This document shows, one piece after another, positions 27,451 to 41,290 of a DNA stretch of 64,000 nt. A program made the position numbers and the translations under genes. The notes beneath the pieces are model-generated. The model was not told where the DNA came from, did no database searches, and was given only the letters and a program-made list of their open reading frames with translations. This stretch comes from the human T2T-CHM13v2.0 reference genome, Homo sapiens, in NCBI RefSeq assembly GCF_009914755.1, contig NC_060931.1; one strand, 5' to 3'. Position 1 is the stretch's first letter. Each line of letters begins with the position of its first letter.

Positions 27451-27875
27451 GAATTGGGCTCTTGAGAGAGAAAAAGCCTTATGAAAGAGTCCCAAGAAAT
27501 AGAGTCCTAAAGAGTAAAAGCCTACTTTATATTATTCTTTGGATTAAAATGTAGACTTTTATTGTGTACCTTTTGTTTATAAAGCACTGCATTAGGTTTT
27601 GTACTCATCAGTTCATCTACTCCTCCTAAAACCCAGTGTGGTGAGTGTGATTTCCACAGTTAACAAATGTGTGGAGGGGGAGTCTCAGAAGGGTTAGAAA
27701 ATGTGTCCAAGTCACCTTGACTAGTAATGCCCCAGGAAAAATTCAAGGCCAGAAGTGGCTGCTCCCAAAAGCTGCCTTCAAAATAAGATTTATCTGTAAA
27801 TATTTGAGGAAGATAAGAATGTGTTACAAATAATAACTTCTATATCAATGAATTTTCACTGCTATAGTAAAACTT

Positions 27876-28256
27876 CGACATGGTTTGGCTGTGTCACCAC
27901 CCAAATCTCATTTTGAATTAATCGTAGTTCCCATAATCCCCATGTGTCATGGGAGGGACCCAGTGGGAGGTAATTGAATCATGGGGGCAGTTACCCCCAG
28001 CTACTGTTCTCATGCTAGTGAGTGAGTTCTCACCAGATCTGAATGTTTTATAAGGGGCTTTCCCCCATTTTGCTTGGCACTTCTCCTTGCTGCTGCCATG
28101 TGAAGAAGGACATGTTTGCCTCCCCTTCCACCATGATTATAAGTTTCCTGAGGCCTCCCAAGCCCTGTGGAACTGTGACTCAATTAAACTTTTTTCCTTA
28201 TTAAATTATCCAGTCTCGAATATTTCTTCATAGCAGTGTGAGAATGGACTAATATA
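27876..28256 (+). mobile_element. THE1 (THE1C/D-like) MaLR solo LTR
   Basis: ATGGTTTGGCTGTGTCACCACCCAAATCTCA...GGGAGGTAATTGAATCATGGGGGC...GCCATGTGAAGAAGGACATGTTTGC...GAGAATGGACTAATATA. Confidence 0.95.
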
Positions 28257-30647
28257 GCTTTGAGTGTATTCTAAGTACTTAGTGAGCCATGATACAGAGG
28301 AGAGATTTCTTAAAATGTCTTTTCTCTGAAGGCCTAACTCAGATCAAAGAAATAATTCCAACAGATAATAGAATAAATAACAGTATGGACTACAGAAATT
28401 ATTTGCAGACAAATAACATTAATTTAAATGCAATCTTGAAATAATTCAAAAATATTAAGTCATCACGTTTACTTATATGCACACAATTTAAATTCTGATA
28501 ACCTTGAGAAAATAAACATTTGAGATATTATCAATGATTTTTTAGAAACTCTAACTTATCAAGTGATGAATAAATATTTGAGTGTTATCTGTTTTAGTAA
28601 TGTACTCTGTCTGTAGACACTGACTGGTGTGCATTTTCATCTGTAAGCAATGAACTAAATTACTTTTTTGATGCAGTCCTTTTATTTTCTAGTCAAAGAA
28701 TATTGCAAATGATTGAAAGGATTTATAAAATGAGGTGGCTGAGATTTGTTCTTATTTGCTTGCAGCTGAAAGCATAATACACTTAATACTTCCAGGATAT
28801 GGAGGAGCTAACAGATGTCAAAAGAGCAGAGAGAGCTATTTTGCAAAGATTGTTCAAAAAGCAAACAAAAATCCTTTCTTTTACAAAATTCATAAACTTT
28901 CTCTATCAGACATTAATTATCTTTGACAGAAAAAGCATTTGCTGTTTATATAGAATGTATCTTTTCCCTTTTCAATTAAAAAAATTAAAGTTGTTATGAT
29001 AAAGGTAAGACCACTGGATTAAAATTAGTGTAACACAAATTTGTCTTCATCAGATTTCAAAAGAACCATTACTGTAAGCTCTATCTTTGTAGCACTTTAC
29101 TGTCAATGCAATAGAGACAAATAATTTTGCTTAAAGATAGCAACAAAATAATTTAAAATCAAAGAATGTTTTCAGTTGCCATTTTGCCTAAACAGTTTTC
29201 TAACTGATTTGCATTTCCAGGAACTGCTAACGCTAGATATTTTATTCAGCAAATTCAGAGGCTGTGGATGTATTCTAGTGATCAGAGGTCTGTAGGCCTA
29301 CCTAGGTAGGTCAACTTGGTATGCTTGAAAGAATAACCATAATGTTGCACATTAGAATTTTAGGAGAAAGATGATAGTTTGAGGAACAAATTGCTTAATG
29401 CTGTTTCCATAGGTCCCATGTAAACAAATAGTCGAATGCTGGCAAGTTTTTACAATCAAGGCCAATGTTTAATAAAGACAGGAAGGAGTAAAAAATGGAA
29501 ATATTATTTCTGGATTTACATTTTGTCTTATTTCAGTCCAAATTCCTAATGCTGAAATAATCCAAAAATGTACTGAAGCTGTCACCTGGGCTGCCACCAT
29601 GCTCTTATAAACATGTTACTTAAGTGAATTGGTTTGTTTGTGACACAAGCTCCCTTTGGAATTAATCAGGAATACTACAAATACAGTAACTATTTGGCCT
29701 TACACATCTTATTTCCCTCTTTTGTTGGTCTAGCCCCTCTTTCTTCTGGGGTAACTCCTCCCACACACATGGAGATCATGAGCAAAGATTTTAATCCTGT
29801 CCTCTGGCCACACATGATTTGTCAAGGGTTGGCCTAAGATGAGTAAATATGAAGCATTGCCACAGAAAATTTGCAGTTATAATGGAAGAAACAATTTTTT
29901 ATGCTCTGATGGGCAAAGCTGCATTGATTTAATAAAAACAAAGTCACATTAAATCTATATATCTGTCTTAAGACATTTCTGGACTTTAGAAATATGAACA
30001 TGCGCCTGTGTCGTAGAACAGGAAGGAAGAGTGTATATTTTTAAAGTATTACTCTAAAGCAGGGTACAGCAGTTAATTAAGGAGTTTTATGGGAGCAGTG
30101 TCATCTGTGCACATCCCAATCTTGTTCACATACTCAGAGTTCCATTATCAAGAGGATACTAAGGTAGATTACATTGCTCACAGGGTTATTGTCAAAAGCC
30201 CTACATTTTCTGGTCTTGTGTTAAAAACCATTCCTTTGATGAGAAGGATATTTCAAGGGATCTCCAATTTGTCTTACTCCCTTGTTCTGATTCCGTATTG
30301 ACCAGCAACCTATTAATTGCCATGAAGAAAATATGCTGATGAAATATGCTGGACTTGTAGCTATCTGGTCCATGTGACAATGGTTTCTGATGCAAACAAA
30401 GTCTCTTCTTGAAATAATGCTTCCATGTAGTTGACTGTAGGTGGAGAATGGGCCAATCATGGGAACACGAATAGCAGTGCTTCATGTGACAGCAGTATAC
30501 ATTAAGGAGTGGTAATTTGGTACCCATATTAGTTTTAAAGACAGTTTGATTTTGAGTATGTCAGCTTTCATGGGACTGAGAACTAATAAGAATCAGGTAC
30601 TGGGCCTTTGGAGCACAAGGTTAGATCTAGTTGGAGTTCCCTTAGAC

Positions 30648-30820
30648 AAGTTGTTCCCAAATTTTTCCATGTATCAGAATTGCTTAGGAAGGCTTTTAAA
30701 AGTACAAATTCCTGTGCTGGAGATTCTATTCAGTAGATCAGGCACAGTCCAGCTATTTGTATTATTTAAGAACACTCCTTAGATAGTTATAATGCATATC
30801 CATATTTAGGACGCATTGTC
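30648..30820. mobile_element. MER5A/B hAT-Charlie MITE
   Basis: GTATCAGAATTGCTTAGGAAGGCTTTTAAAA...GAGATTCTATTCAGTAGATC...TTTAAGAACACTCC, with degenerate terminal inverted repeats. Confidence 0.65.
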
Positions 30821-31239
30821 TTAGACTATCTCCATACAACATTCATATATGCCTTGTTTTAGCTGATTTTTAAAGCCATAATTAGATTTCATGAGTTACT
30901 GGATTTGCCTGCATTATACTTATAAATTTGATTCTAGATGGAATTTCTGGTTGATTTTCTAAGGCACACATCTCTGGGTTTGCAGAAGAGGTGGAATGGA
31001 GGGGTGGCAACAAAAATTGGAATTTGCGTCTTTGATGTGGTAAATAGTCAGCCAAGCTCACTACTCCTGTCCCTAGAGACTGCACTTCAGAAATGATGAG
31101 TGATTACTCTTAATTTTAATGACATTCTTTCTCTAGTTAGTCATTTCATTGGTCAGCTTCTGATACTTTTTACTTTGTTTTCATAGTTATAGGATATTAT
31201 ACAAGACTATTTGCATTGACTAGTAACATCTATGCTTGT

Positions 31240-32636
31240 GGCTGCATTCTTGCTGTTGAGAAGTCAGCGTTCTAACTGTTGTTACTTCATAGGTAATCTT
31301 TTCTCTTTCTCCTTCGACTTTTAAATTTAAATTTTTGTCTTGGACTTTATTTTTTGCTGTTATTGTTTACTTGTTAGTTTTGTTTTTGCAGTTTTACTAA
31401 AAATGTAAGATGTATCTAGGTATGGATTTATTTATATTTTTATTATCTTGTTTATAATTTGTTTGACTTTTTGAATCTGAGAAGTCATGTCTGTCAACAG
31501 TTCTGGAAGATTCTTCAAATGTTGATAGTCTCTTTTCTCCTTCTAGAACTCCAGTTAGCTGTATGTTAACCCTGATTACTTTATCTTTCATGTCTTTTAA
31601 CTTTCATATTTTTAAAGTCTGATTATTATCTTCAGTTCTGTTTGGCAGTTCACTTAATGTCTCTTCAGCTGTATCTAATCTGCTGTTTGCAGTTTGCTAA
31701 ATGTCTCTTCATCTGTATCTATACTGTTTAACCTTTCCATTGAGTTTTTAAATTAATGATTTACTTATTTCTAAAAGTTATGTTTTCACATGTTATTCTT
31801 ATAGAGTGATTTTTTTTCTTATAACTTTGATTCTTCCTTTTTAAAACGTTTATATGTTGGATTTGATAATCTAATAGCTGAACTATTTAAGGATCTGATT
31901 CTTTCATTTATTTGTTTTGCTTTCTCTAGTTCATGGTAATTTATTTCCAGGTATGTTTAATATGTTTTGTTCCTTGGAACTTTACCTGTCAGAATTCTTT
32001 GAGGTCCAGCTCAAGAGCATATTCCTTCGTGTTTGTTTCTGATAGACACCTATGATACTTCAAACTAACAACTTTTTTAGCTACATTTCACCTTATAATG
32101 TTTGTTACTCTCAAAGTGGTGTGAATTCAGGCTATAAATCTGTATGAGGTCTGACTTATGGTTAAATTCTCAAGGAAATTATTTTATCACCCTCCATGCT
32201 GTGTCAGGGTTCTTGCCATTGTTCCATGAGATGTATTTTATTTATAGTTCACCATTTCACTGAGGTTATAACATTTTGGGAAGCCCAGCTTTATGGAGGG
32301 ATCACAAATATGACTCCTCATCTTGTACAACCCTTAAGCTAGGTTTTCTGTTCTTCCTGTGGTCATTTATACCACAGCTATAAGTCAGAAAGTATTGACA
32401 GATGCTCCTGGGGAAGCTGCTAGCTTCGGAACTCATTTAATATTTTACCATTTGCTGTGTGTACTGGATCCTCCCCACTCTCCTCCTGCCTTCCGGAAAG
32501 ATTTTTTATTTATTTTTTATCAATGTAGCCATACATTTAAAATATTTTAAATCTGTATCCTAACATTTTTTTAATGTCCTGCGTCGAGAAGATATTTTCA
32601 GGATAGTTAGTCCACCATATTTCCATAAATAGAAGT
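31240..32636 (-). mobile_element. Ancient L1ME/HAL1-like ORF1 and 5' region
   Basis: TTGCTGTTGAGAAGTCAG, TCTCTTCAGCTGTATCTAATCTGCTGTTT and 5' end AGTCCACCATATTTCC. The minus-strand ORF at 31397-31591 (VNIQLTGVLEGEKR...SIPRYI) resembles ORF1p. Confidence 0.68.
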
Positions 32637-34274
32637 TTTGTGTTCTTTTTAAAACTTAAGAAAAACAACTTCATTCTTCAATTTTTATTTCATGCCACAG
32701 ACATTTTGAGCAATCAGATAATACAAGAATTTATGGGAATTTTAATAAACATCTTTTTCAATATGCTAATATATTTCTGGTGAGTAAATATACACCTGGA
32801 ATAGCGCTTCCCAAAGTAAATGTTCCATAGAACACTAATTGTAGTTACATGATAAAATAAGCTTGGGAAACACTGGGTTAAGCAAACTTACAGATTTCCT
32901 TCTTGAATAAATTGCATGATGTATAATACACCAGTGGGCTCAAGCATCTTTGAGAGTAGGATAACTTATACCCCTGTCTTCCCAGAGGTGCACTGAAAGA
33001 AAGCTGGCTTAGACATAAAATGACTTCCCCAAAGCCATAGAGGTAGTTAGCAGAGAGCCAAGACAAGAACCCAGTTCTCCTCACACTCCCTTTCTCTTTA
33101 TTACCACAATGAAACATTTTGTAAATAGCTACTTGCAAAACTATTTCCAGTAGGACCCCATCCTCAAATTGAAATGTGTTTAAAGCCCATCTTCTTTCAC
33201 CAAATAAATGAAAGTTGGCTTCTCTCCTAAAAACAGCTAAATAGGAATGTTCCAGAAGTTCTTCAAAATAAAATCTTCACGAAAAAGAACTTCTAGAAGT
33301 TCTTCAAGAAAAATAAAATCTTAAGTAGAAAAGCAGGGGTTCCATATCTTGAACTGAAGTCAAAAATTGATGCTTTTGTGGGGCTTCAATCCGCATCGAC
33401 ACAGAGATATAATAATCCTGTCTGATTGTTAAGAGGGCTTGTATTCTCTTGAAAATCATAGTTTCTAGTTGGCAAGGAGCAAACTCCCAAGAACAAGTTG
33501 TGACAGAAAACTAAAAAAAAACTACTTTTGGATTTCAACCAGCAGAATGTGCATAGTTTCTGACTGTTAGTGTATTCTTCCCCCTATTACGGAAAATGGA
33601 CTATGGGAACTTGGGAAGGTGAAGTGCAATGTTATTTACATTTTTGTGCCAAAACATTATGAAGTGAAATGGTCAAACATGCTGAGAGAATGCAGCATAT
33701 GAAAATTAATAGGAACATTTTGAATATGTGATCTTTTACTTGAAATAATATAAATGAAAAGGGTTCTGTGGAGGTACTTTCTTGACCTCTTTTAAATGTT
33801 TCTTTTTCTTTCTTTCTTTTTAAACACTCTCAATTGTTTATAATAACCCATTTGGATCCTAGACCTCAAAGTTCTTTCCTTTCAGAATTTCCTTTTCTCT
33901 GTTTGTCTGTGTACAACAAATACCTTTCAGGAAAAAAAAACCACACAGTGTGTTGAGCCCACTAAATAGTCAGTAAAAGATGTCTAATAGCATCTAGAAG
34001 TAGGAAACGAGATGAGTATTGGGTTGGGGATCTGAGTGTTGGTGTCCCATTTAGTCATCAATCCATGAAAACAAGTGATTATATGCAAAGGTATTCAAAA
34101 GGGATGAGAACACTGATATGGTAAGGAGAGAACTTCTGACTGAAAGCTAGAGAGTGACCTGGACATTTCTGAGAAGATGCTTGGGAGGATGGCAACTTGG
34201 TAGACTTCATACTAACAAGAAGCATATTAGAGAATTAACGATGATGAGGAAAAGGAGAAGGAAGAGAAGAAGGA

Positions 34275-34520
34275 GGAATATTGAGCTTTTATTCTCTGTT
34301 AGGTACCAGGTTAAGCACTGGCCATATATGATTGTATTATCACATCGGGACCCCGAAAGCTAGGAGGCAGCTTCCATCATCATTCCTGTTTTATAAGTGA
34401 GGCTTAGAGAACTAAAGTAACTTGTTTGAGATTTTATATCATACATAGCAGACCAGAGATTTGAACCCAACTTTTTCTGATATCACACCCTGGTCTTCAT
34501 CACTAAGCTATATTGCCTTC
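34275..34520 (-). mobile_element. MIR SINE relic
   Basis: CATTCCTGTTTTATAAGTGAGGCTTAGAGAACTAAAGTAACTTG...GATTTGAACCCA. Confidence 0.65.
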
Positions 34521-35139
34521 TATATCAGGTGTGGCTACAGGTTGCATCTTTTTATGTCTTAGATATTGTGGAGAAAATATTTGACTTTATGCTGTTAATC
34601 TAGACCAGTGAAAGTTTGGAGCCAACTGATAGCTCCAGAAATTTGGCCCTGAGGCAGTGCCCAAAAGAGTGGATGACAGTTAGTGAAGGTCAGCCCGAGA
34701 TGAGACAAGGCAGGTCCCTGAGGAGAAGCCAGGCACAATCTGAAAGCTGAATGTCCAAAGAGCAAGGCAGGGTAAGGCCAGGGTTGACTGGGATATGAAC
34801 AAAGTATAAAGTGGGTCAGGGCAATTCTGACAAAGGATTTTCTAGTGCTCATGACCAAGTTTCCTCAGTCTACAGCATGCATTGCATACTGAGGGGCTCA
34901 GTAAGTCTTGGGATAAATTTTTATTTGTTCAATAGGATAGAGAAAAGATGAGATGATGCAGAGTTTCTTTCCAGGAATATTAAACTGACCTTCAATATCA
35001 GTATTTAACTTAAAGTACCCAGCATTTCATAGTTATAGCAATAGCTCCAAGTTGAAATACCTGCCTTATTTTCTCACAAAAACTGCATATTGGGATGTCC
35101 TTATAAAACTGTTTTTTTTAATTTGGAAAATATGATCAC

Positions 35140-36085
35140 TCTATAAGTCATTTCAATTTCTTAACTCAAGACCTCCGAAACTACACTGTTTTTCTATATT
35201 CTGAAGTCCGTTCCTTCTCTTGTATTCACTGTCTGGATTATCGGTCACATCAGTCCCCGTAGTTGGAAATGACAGTCATCCTAGGCTGCTTCTGCTCTTA
35301 TTCCCCACATCCATCTGGTCAACAGAACTCTCAGTTCCATGTCATATATCTCTTAGATTTATCCCTTCCTCTCCATTCCTACATTTTCTATCCCATGTAC
35401 CTTACAGGCCAATGGGCTTTCTCATGTCCAACCTTTGGACCAGCCACTGATTCTCAGCCCACTTTATTGTTATCAAACTTACAGGGTCACCTGATGAAAA
35501 GCATGAACCCCCCCCAAATAAATGGTGGGCTGCTTTGCTTAGAAGAGCTGATGCAAGTTGTAGGTACTTTTAGGATTTAGTGCTTCACAGTATTAGGTAC
35601 ATACTCTGTATGCCCTTTGCTTATAGGTCAGAATTCAAATTCTATAGACTGGAATACAAGGACTTCTTTCCCAGGACCCCATTCACCTTCCCTGCTTGTC
35701 TTGCCCTATGGCCAACTCATGCTGTATTGATTAGCCACTCAGATATATTGGCAGCTTTATACAGTTGCATGACCTATGTTATTTCCTGTGCTTCAAACGT
35801 GCATCCCCTTATATAATGCCCACCAGGAGATCTCCAATCCCTCCTTTAGAATTCAAGATTCAGCAACTCTGATTGAATCCTCAGCCACACACAGATTCTC
35901 CAACCTTCCTTACTCTTCTGCATATGTATATTTCCTAGCATTTATCAAACTGTATTATAGTAATAATTTGATATTATGTCTTTTCCCTTCCCAGTGATCT
36001 TCTTGACTGTAGGCTCATATTTATCTTTTATCCTCAGCCCCTTGCAAAAACTTGGTTCAATAAATGTACTTGTTGAATAAATGAT
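35140..36085 (+). mobile_element. L2 LINE 3' region, fragmented
   Basis: Pyrimidine-rich L2 body ending TTCAATAAATGTACTTGTTGAATAAATGA. Confidence 0.6.
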
Positions 36086-38077
36086 TGTGCTAAGATTGAT
36101 TAATTATGACAAAAGAATAACTCTGGCTCTTTTGATACAAATTCTGTTGGTTCTATGGTGCACTCCTTTTTGTGAGATCCTTTGAGAACTGTATAGAATA
36201 CTTTTTAAAAGGGAAAATATGTGTTTTGAATTGCTGAGGTAGAACATCAATATATTGAGAAATTTTTATAAGAATTTTTTTGTTGACAGCAGTGAAAGAA
36301 AAAGTCAGAAGCTTTAGTCAAAATAAGTGAATTTTAACTCATGTTAGCCAATAATACATCCTGGTGCTAGTGAGTAATATTTCAAAACACATTGGTGTCT
36401 TGGGTTTAAATAAATCTTGTTTTCTTTATTGCCATAAGGTTCAAATACCACCACTTATTTTGTCTGTTTCCTTTATGCTTTGCGCATGCTACTTAACTTT
36501 CTGAGCATTATAATCCCTACTGTAAGTGCAGGAAGTGATATATTTACCTCTCAGAACTATCATAAGGATCCAAGGAAGCAAAATACCTAAGTTACTAAAA
36601 TAATAGCTGACTTAGCACTTAACAGTACATTTTTTTCTTTCTTTTTTATATTTTTAAAAATCATTTTTGTTAGATGGACTGTACCCCAAAGTGTTAGGTT
36701 CACAAATGCATTATAACTTGTCATTTCTCATTACAAGCTAAACTACCCCAGTGCCATTGCAAATCCCTGCGGATTTTTGCTTTAGGAAGATTGCTGTAGA
36801 CTTAACGGGTGAATCACTTTGCTCCGCTGGATGGTAGCCCACAGCCCCCTTGAGCAAAGGAACTCTTATGAGACAGGATGGACTCTGGGCCCAAACACAT
36901 TTCCAGTCAGATCAAGAATGCCCCAAAAGGGCACCAGAGCTACCTCTTCCATGAAGAGATCCTGGAGCTGATGCCTCCTTTTTGTGCACCAAGAGGCTCT
37001 TCAGTTCCCTAGAATTGGTGCTCTTATTTACCCAAACACTCAAACCAGACCTTTCTTTCCTTTTCTTTTTCTTTTTTAACTAACATCAAGGTTATTGGAA
37101 AATTTTGATAGCTTTTATGTAGCATATTTTGCTTGGGAATAGCATACTCCTTTTGAAAGCTTCTAAAGAAAGCATATAAAAATATCCTGTGCATTTTGTG
37201 TGAAAGATTGACAAAAGTATGTTTTCCTAAAGAAAGTTACCCAAACAACCAGAAGAAAAGTGAGGCAGAGTAAAAGGATAGACAAGGGTTGGTTGATGGT
37301 TGACATGTGAAACGCTTTACCATTCATAAAATATTTAGGTTATTTGAGCTAAGGAGGAAATTGCTAAGGATTAGGTTTATAGCACTTGACCATGTCTCAG
37401 AAGTGCTACTCTGTAAAACTTGTCAAAGAGGAAAAAAGAAAAAGAAAAGAAAGCAATCCCATTAGGCAACCTGGACTTTGCATCCTGTCGTTTATTAAAT
37501 TTGTCAGTTGAGGCAGTTAGGATTATGGCAGTAGATTTATTAATTTTTCAGAAAACCTGGCATGGAAAAGCCTTATCCTTGGCACTAGCCTGGAAAATGC
37601 AGAGAAGAAAGTTTGTGAAACAAGCAGAATGCTGAATACCTACAGTGAAAAAGTCATTAGTATAGCAAACCTGTCCCAGATGAAGCCAGGTAACAAATTT
37701 TGGAAGGGCTAGATTCCTGAAAAACTGCGAGATTTTATTCAGAATCTTTTTGTAGAAAGGAAAATCCTTTCTTAGCACAAGTGCTACAGTGGCTCCACTC
37801 ACTGTGGGCCTGGAAAATGACACTGTGCTCCAAGCAGACGTTTGTTTTCATTTCTGACATTCAAAAGTCATTGTCATCAATGTGTAAAGATTTATTCTTG
37901 CCTACCCAGCCAAAAAGCAGGACTTACTCTTTTCCCTTTACATAACGTTGGGGGCTGCAGCACTCTGAGGTCATCTTGCTGATGCTCCATGCCTTGGATG
38001 ATGGGTGTGGCCTTGTTTGAGAGTGGCTGTGGTCTGAGGCAGGAGTGGGGGCAGGGTTGGGGTGTCGTATTCATGAC

Positions 38078-38464
<387 letters not shown>

Positions 38465-38574
38465 TAGACTCAAGTTGCTTTATTTCTTTGTTTTCTACCC
38501 AGGAAGGTGTACAGGGCATACAGAGGGTTCTATATTGTGTACAGAAGTTGAAGCTATAGTGTTCTTGATTTAAT

Positions 38575-38810
38575 AATAATAATCATAAAGTGTCTACTAT
38601 ACTTCAGGCATTATTTTAAACACTTCACACATATTAATTAACTTAATCACACAATTTGTATCCTAGCCCTATGAGGTAGTAGCTATTATTGCCACCATTT
38701 CAGAGATATGGAAACTTGAGACAGACACAGTTAAGTGCCTTGGCTGAGGTCACAGAGCCAGGAAGTGCCACTGCCAGGGTTTGTGTTCCCAGGCACATCC
38801 TGACACTGAT
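38575..38810 (-). mobile_element. MIR SINE relic
   Basis: CCCTATGAGGTAG...CCATTTCAGAGATATGGAAACTTGAGACAGACACAGTTAAGTGCCTTGGCTGAGGTCACAGAGCCAGGAAGTG. Confidence 0.8.
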
Positions 38811-39844
38811 CTCAAGCAGTCATGCAATGGTGGCAGACAATGTGTTTAATGTGAACCAGATCAACTTGTTCACACAGCAATAGTTCCATTGTGAGTACTA
38901 ATAGGTAGAAAGAAGAAGATTCCTGCCAGCAAGTGGCTTGATAGTGAAAGTGTGTGAACACTCTCCAGAATAGAGTGAAAGGGATGAAGACCTTCGTTAC
39001 TTCTACTTCAGCATACACATGAGCCATCCGGGGTATTTAACTTTTCCCCCACCTGCAGAAATGTCTGATTCAGCAAGTCTTAGTGGGATTTGGAAGCTAC
39101 ATTTATGTAAGCAATCCCAAACAATTCAGAACATCTTGTGGGGGGGAGGTCTGAGATGTATCTTGTTAGAGATTTGTGCCTTATTCTCATAGGCTTGGGT
39201 TATTTCAAAAAGGATAGAGAGAAAATGTTACCCTAACATCTTGCCAACCAGGATGTTGTGGATGTATCTTGGTAAGAAACTTTACAGTATTCAAAGTACT
39301 TCATCTTGAGGGGTAGATTTCACGTGGACAATGAAGAAGGGGTTGGGAGAAGCTGGCAATAGTGAGCCAGTCTAGAATCTTAACCATAAAAATGAAGACT
39401 GAGTTTTTTCACAGGAGGATGCCCCTTCTTCTGGGAGGTACAGCAGATGGCAGTGTGTATTTTCTAGAAATAAGTTCAGAATTGAAATCTTGTGGGACAT
39501 TTCAAATTGGGCTGAACTTTGAACTCATGTTTATATACCTTGGACATAGGAATGGGGGGAAAATAACAACCCTAAAGATGTTTATGTAATATATGGTTTA
39601 TCACATGTGCTCAGGCCCTCTGGGTCAGGATGTATACATCTAAAAATGCCCTCATAAGTGCATTGGATGAGGATCTGACCCCATAGACCAGCTTATATAG
39701 CTCTTGTGAACAAGAAAAAAAATCTGCATCTAGTCTTACATTCTCTTCTAGCAAATGTTAAGCATGGCCACCGAGAAACCCAGTCATTAAAAATGAAAAT
39801 AAAACAAAAACTATTTCCTATGATGTGAATTTAAAGAACAGACT

Positions 39845-40005
39845 CTTTTTTTTCCTGAATGGAAACAGTGACTTGAAATGGAGTACAATTAAGCTAAATA
39901 AGAGGAAACAGTGAAATTTTGTAGACTATGGAATAGTCTCACTGGGAACATTATGGAAGCCTCATCACTTAGTCATTACAAACTAGACCAGACAAATGAA
40001 TTGAA
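39845..40005 (+). mobile_element. CR1/L3-clade LINE relic (ORF2 C-terminus)
   Basis: Translation RLWNSLTGNIMEASSLSHYKLDQTNEL resembles the CR1 ORF2 terminal motif WNSLP.EVVEAPSL..FK..LD. Confidence 0.6.
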
Positions 40006-40100
40006 GATATGCTGCAAGAAACAATGTCATAGGGAAGGGATAAATGAATTTTTTTTCTCTATCCCCCTGTGGAAATTTCCCCAGTGGTGTCAGCACTCAG

Positions 40101-40138
40101 ACACACACACACACGCACACACCACACACACACACACA
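40101..40138. repeat. Interrupted (CA)n microsatellite
   Basis: ACACACACACACACGCACACACCACACACACACACACA. Confidence 0.9.
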
Positions 40139-41039
40139 GTCACCTTCAAGTTGTCTTCTTGCTGACTTTACAATGTGATCATCACCAAAATGGCATTTAA
40201 AACCCCCCAAAGCCTCTTTCTATTTCTGGGTCTACATTTACTGTGTATTCTGATCCCCTGTCTTGTTCATTATGGATAAGATTTTCTGTTAAGATTATAA
40301 AAGCCTTACGGTTTCCACTTCGTCATCTTTAAAGCCATGTAAACACCTTCCCCAGCAAAGCCTAGTGATTGCAAGTAGTGAGCGGTAGAACTGAAACCCA
40401 ATGGAGATGGAAGAGGACAACCCAATTCTGTTCAAATGGTGGTTTACAGAAGCTGTTCACTTCAGCAGGCTCATTTAACTTACGCAACCTAAAAACCACT
40501 GAGCCTTCCTTCCATCCCTTGAGTCACATGTGCTTTCTATAGATAGCTGGTAGAAATCACAATATTGAAAAGTCAATTACTTGCATATTTGGAGCTAAAA
40601 GTGGGGATTTGAAGTATGACCATCCCCAGTGTTTCTTATTCTATAGAGTGTAGCCTGCACCAGAAAATATATAAATGACCAGATTTTATTCACCGTTTGT
40701 TCCATTTTCTATCACTAGCTACAATAAGAAATTCAAATGAAATTTAAAGATTACTGTGGCTATCCATTTAAACACACTATTTTTGATTCCCAGATTATAG
40801 GAAATTAGCAATCGGTTGCATGTTTCTTAAAAAAAGCTGTTTACCTATTACAAGTAGTTGATGATAATGGAAAATAATAACACCAATTTTTATCAACTAT
40901 AATTTTATTTGGAAGACAAGGCTTTTCTATTATACTTCATTCCTTTTCTTGTTGCTCATGGGCAAGATAAAACTAAATTTTCCCTCTTGTCTTATGCAAT
41001 GTAATAAAAAATAAAATACTAGTAATAGTAATAATGAAA

Positions 41040-41290
41040 AGTAGCAACCTTTTATAGATCTGTGATATATCCTCACAGATATGTCAGGCCTTGCACCAAG
41101 TCCTTCATGGATATTGTTCCATTTTATGCTCACAACAGCTCTCTAAGTAAAATATTCTTATCTTACCGATGGGCAGCTTGATCTTAAGAGAGGTTCAACT
41201 GTGCCTAAAATCATGTGAGCATGTGGCAGAGCCAGATTCAAGCCCATTTTTTTCTGACTCCAAAGCCTGTGCCTTTAATTACCTGCCATG
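41040..41290 (-). mobile_element. MIR SINE relic
   Basis: TTTTATGCTCACAACAGCTCT...AGAGAGGTT...GTGGCAGAGCCAGATTCAAGCCC...TCTGACTCCAAAGCCTGTGC. Confidence 0.75.

Noticed and set aside
33285-33304. Canonical heat-shock element
   Set aside because: The outer GAA-TTC spacing is 1 nt rather than 2, so only the central TTCnnGAA fits.
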